In this document: one piece after another, positions 21,150 through 24,532 of the stretch | Position numbering within the stretch: the first letter of the stretch is position 1 | How the letters are laid out: each line of letters starts with the position of its first letter | NCBI RefSeq assembly: GCF_006345805.1 | Contig: NW_021836684.1 | Coordinates: 1-24,532, forward strand | Origin: Octopus sinensis | Taxonomy: Eukaryota | DNA: 24,532 nt | Reading direction: 5' to 3' | The notes under the pieces: generated by a model | What the model saw: only the letters and a program-made list of their open reading frames with translations | Told to the model about the DNA's origin: nothing | Databases searched by the model: none | Program-made: the position numbers and the translations under genes

Positions 21150-21330
21150 CTGTCATGATGTTGATGAAGAGGAAGATGGAGAACTGGAGGAGAAGGTGTA
21201 AGAAGATGATAGGAAGAAGAAGCAGAAAGAAGGGGGAGGAGGAGGAGGGGAGGAGGAAGAGAAGAAGAAGAGAAGAAAGAGAAGAAGAAAGAGAGAATAG
21301 AAGAAGAAGAAGAAGAAGAGAAGACGAGAA
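21150..21330. repeat. (GAA)/(GGA)-rich purine tract
   Basis: Direct reading. Confidence 0.92.
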
Positions 21331-21362
21331 GAAACGACCACCAATAATGACGATGACAGAAA

Positions 21363-21456
21363 TCATTCCTGCTAGCGGTACAAGGCCTAAAATCTGAGGG
21401 GGGGGGGCTATTCGATTGCAACGACCCCAGTACTCAACTGATACTTATTTCATCGG
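21363..21456 (-). mobile_element. Family C SINE 3' fragment
   Basis: Reverse complement cgatgaaataagtatcagttgagtactggggtcgttgcaatcgaatagccccccccctcagattttaggccttgtacc aligns with the 6467-6560 and 7250-7320 tails. Confidence 0.75.
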
Positions 21457-21477
21457 CCACAAGGGCATAGATAAATT

Positions 21478-21724
21478 AACTGGCGTCCGTGTCGGTGACA
21501 CGTAAAAGCACCAACCGATCGTGGCTGTTTGCCAGCCTCCCCTGGCCCTGTGCCAGTGGCACGTAAAAAGCACCCACTACACTCACGGAGGAGTTGGCTT
21601 TATGAAGGGCATCCAGCTGTAGAAACACTGCCAGATCAGACTGGAGCCTGGTGCAGCCTTCATGGCTTACCAGACCCCGGTCGAACCGTCCAACCCATGC
21701 TAGCATGGAAAGCGGACGCTAAAC

Positions 21725-21758
<34 letters not shown>
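21478..21758 (+). mobile_element. SINE (family D) 3' portion ending in a (GAT)n tail
   Basis: Twice-repeated cacgtaaaa(a)gcacc box (21499-21512, 21560-21574), gaagggcatccagctgtagaaac, ccaacccatgctagcatggaaagcggacgctaaac then (GAT)n; GC-rich relative to the flanks. Confidence 0.75.
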
Positions 21759-21761
<3 letters not shown>

Positions 21762-21802
21762 AATAAGAGTAGCCGTCACATCACTGTGAACTTTTTGCTC
21801 AG

Positions 21803-21982
21803 CTCTAATGAATATTGAAATAATCAATGAGCTAAGCGTCAAAACAATTTATGCTGTATTATATTTTATCGGAGCTCTTCTCTTGATTTATTTTACGGTC
21901 TTTGTCTTCAGTAAGACACATTGGCATGAACAGGTAACTCATGTATATGTCTACCTCCGAGCCAATGTACTTATATTTGACG
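21803..21982 (+). CDS. Candidate host-gene coding exon encoding one predicted transmembrane helix; product unidentified
   Basis: Acceptor actttttgctcAG|21803, donor 21982|GTATGT (alternative CAG|GTAACT after 21933); 180 nt, symmetric phase 1-1, stop-free: (x)LMNIEIINELSVKTIYAVLYFIGALLLIYFTVFVFSKTHWHEQVTHVYVYLRANVLIFD(G); non-repetitive, with a 22-aa hydrophobic run. Confidence 0.55.
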
Positions 21983-22204
21983 GTATGTGTGAATGCATTT
22001 GTATATTCGCCTCGGTGCTGACAGTGAAACAGGCATGGGCAGCCTGCTACGAGAAGTGGGCCGCATGAGACTTAGCTAATTATCAAGAGGGCCGCACTAC
22101 TAAAGATATTCAAGGTAACTTTTGGTCAGGCGTCCCATTCAGTATGTGTGAGTGACTGTGTGTTTCAAGAAAAATGTGTTGATACAGGCATCTACAGATG
22201 TATG

Positions 22205-22236
<32 letters not shown>

Positions 22237-22289
22237 ATACAAAATGGGACAAAAACGCAAAACATCGGGACAGTTAGGTGACACAAAAA

Positions 22290-22575
22290 TGGGACAACAG
22301 AACATCCAGATAGACGATACAAAGAAAACAAGGACGGGTCATTCGAAGTTTTCTTTCCTCAGTCAAGCACCAGATTATCTTAGCAATTTCGGCTGATTAT
22401 ACTTGAGATTGCTCCAATCTGGCCAGCCCCAAGGAACCTAAGCTAAGAGCATTAGATTCCTTAGAAGAAAGCAGCGAATGTATAGAAAAACAAGGACGGA
22501 AAAAAACGGACAATGTTACACAAATACAATAATAACAGGACATAACAACAGGTGTCTTTCGATTAAGGACGAATG
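22290..22575. mobile_element. Interspersed-repeat remnant (possibly a Penelope-like terminal region)
   Basis: Internal repeat aaaacaaggacgg (~22325, ~22487), tttcggctg...cagcc stem; resembles a common octopus repeat from memory only. Confidence 0.35.
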
Positions 22576-22589
22576 TATGTATGTATGCA

Positions 22590-22622
<33 letters not shown>

Positions 22623-23009
22623 TGCATAAATATTTAATCGTATGTATAGATATGAGTGTTCAATTTCTGGTTCTTTATCCCTTGGTATGTGTTTATCGAG
22701 ATGATCTATAATTAAGGGCTGCCCGAGTATATAAACCTTTCGCTTCATCAAGACGATACGGTAGGTTTTGGCACCTATTTTTAGCAAACCACACTGACAC
22801 AAAGACACCGTAGCTTAAATATAATTTTCGAAGTATTTGTGGTTGTATGTGAAGTTGCGTGAATGTGCGTCTATGTGATTATGCTTTGACAGTGAATGTA
22901 TCTGCAAGCATCACTATGTGGGAGAGGTGGAGGTTTACGGCACTTTGTATTAGACATAAAACCATAATTGTGACTAATACTGCGATGTGCATCTTTAGTC
23001 GCACCCTTG

Positions 23010-23017
23010 TCCTCTCG

Positions 23018-23056
<39 letters not shown>

Positions 23057-23600
23057 TTTCTTTCGTCCTCCCACACATAAGTATATCTACATATCTACAC
23101 ACATAAACACAATAAACGCATATTTACATACGCATCAAACACACACACATACACACAACACACAGATAGATACATACATACATATGTACGTACATATAAA
23201 CAAATACATATGTGTGTGTGTATATATATATATATATACACACACATAAACATATATAGCTATTTATAGATCTAGATGTAGGTAGATGTAGATATAGATA
23301 TGTATGTATGCATATATATATACTTTTTTATACACATATGCATAAATAACTGTCTAGCTACCTATATACAGTGTGTGTGTGTGCGTGTGTGTTTACATAT
23401 ATATATATATATATACTATATCTATAGTATATATATATATATTATATATATATATATCTATATATATATATATACATATACATACATATATATATAAACC
23501 AGTGTGTATTGCGTTCCATTACATTTTCTCCTATATGTGTGCGTGTGTGTATGTATGCATACATGTGTTTGCTTGTTTTGTATATATAATTGTATAAATG
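23010..23600. repeat. (CT)n/(CA)n/(TA)n/(TG)n microsatellite cluster
   Basis: Direct reading. Confidence 0.93.
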
Positions 23601-23642
23601 TACGCATGTATGTATAAATATAAATACAGGAATATTTGTTTG

Positions 23643-23712
23643 GCTAAACCCTCCAAGACGGTGTCGCAGTAAGACCGGAGGGCGAGTGACTGACTGAAGG
23701 AAAAGAATAAAA
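23643..23712 (+). mobile_element. Highly decayed family A-like SINE tail
   Basis: ctaaaccctccaagacggtgtcgcagt...gactgaaggaaaagaataaaag resembles ctaaag..ggtgctccagcatgg..gactgaaacaagtaaaagaata. Confidence 0.45.
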
Positions 23713-23994
23713 GGGAAGCGAAGAATATATGTATACATATACATCTATATACCTGCGTAGCGATTGAAGGGGATACCTTCGTCGGCATAAAATCGTACGG
23801 TTTATACAGAGACGTGAGAATGTGTCTTAAGGAACTTTTGTGCGCGCGCGCGTTTGCATTGTATATGGGTGTATATATATAGACGTGTGTGCGGAGGGGC
23901 GTAAGTGATTCCCTACCGAAGTCTATAGAAATCCGTTTTGCTTGTTGTTTCAGCCTGATTTTTATTCTTATGATTTATATATTATAACCTCGCA

Positions 23995-24030
23995 AATGTG
24001 TGTGTACACACACATGTATATATTACACAC

Positions 24031-24081
<51 letters not shown>

Positions 24082-24112
24082 GCACGCATATATATATATG
24101 TATGTATGTATA

Positions 24113-24180
<68 letters not shown>

Positions 24181-24390
24181 TTACGTATGTATGTATGTAT
24201 GTATGTATGTACGTATGTACGTATATATGTATGTACGTATGTATGTATGTATGTACGTATGTACGTATATATATATGTATGTACGTACGTATGTATGTAT
24301 GTATGTATATATGTATGTACGTATGTATGTATGTATGCATATATGTGTTATGTATGTGTGCATGTATGTATGTCTCTATGTGTGTATGCC
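23995..24390. repeat. (TA)n/(ATGT)n/(ACGT)-interrupted microsatellite
   Basis: Direct reading. Confidence 0.97.
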
Positions 24391-24532
24391 TCTACATCAG
24401 TGCGTAGTACGCAATCTTGCTAAATCGATATTCAAACAACGTAAGCATTGTTTCCTTTTATATTCATTAGTTCCAACCAACAGACTAGAAAATCTATTCT
24501 CCCCCCCTCTCTCCATTGTACTTCTTATCTTC

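Noticed and set aside
22330-22440. Possible hammerheads in the 22.3-kb repeat (minus-strand CTGAGGA-aag-aaaa-ctt-c-GAAT; tttc-ggctg...cagcc stem)
   Set aside because: The first lacks A15.1, NUH geometry and stem I pairing; the second lacks a CUGANGA core.

Overview
AT-rich, non-bacterial, repeat-saturated eukaryotic DNA. The mix of (TA)n/(TG)n/(ATGT)n/(ATCT)n/trinucleotide microsatellites, tRNA-derived SINEs and decayed LINE/mariner pieces looks like octopus (coleoid cephalopod) intronic/intergenic sequence; the taxon is inferred from recognition, not from a search. Almost all ORFs in the supplied track are microsatellite artefacts. Supported content: at least four SINE families (CORE-type with an internal microsatellite; two MetaSINE-like types with different tails; a (GAT)n-tailed type), two mariner transposase relics, a CR1-clade LINE RT/3' relic, a LINE ORF1-like relic with a decayed zinc knuckle, a ~1.49 kb near-identical tandem duplication (possibly an assembly artefact), several palindromes, and one good candidate host exon (21803-21982, +, one transmembrane helix). 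Most notable: (i) an inverted pair of minimal hammerhead-ribozyme-like motifs in a ~160 nt fold-back at 9771-9928, with a third decayed motif 0.5 kb upstream; (ii) two independent SINE insertions whose 17-bp TSDs both start with GGTATTT, which suggests target-sequence preference. No intact full-length gene, rRNA, tRNA or CRISPR array is supported.
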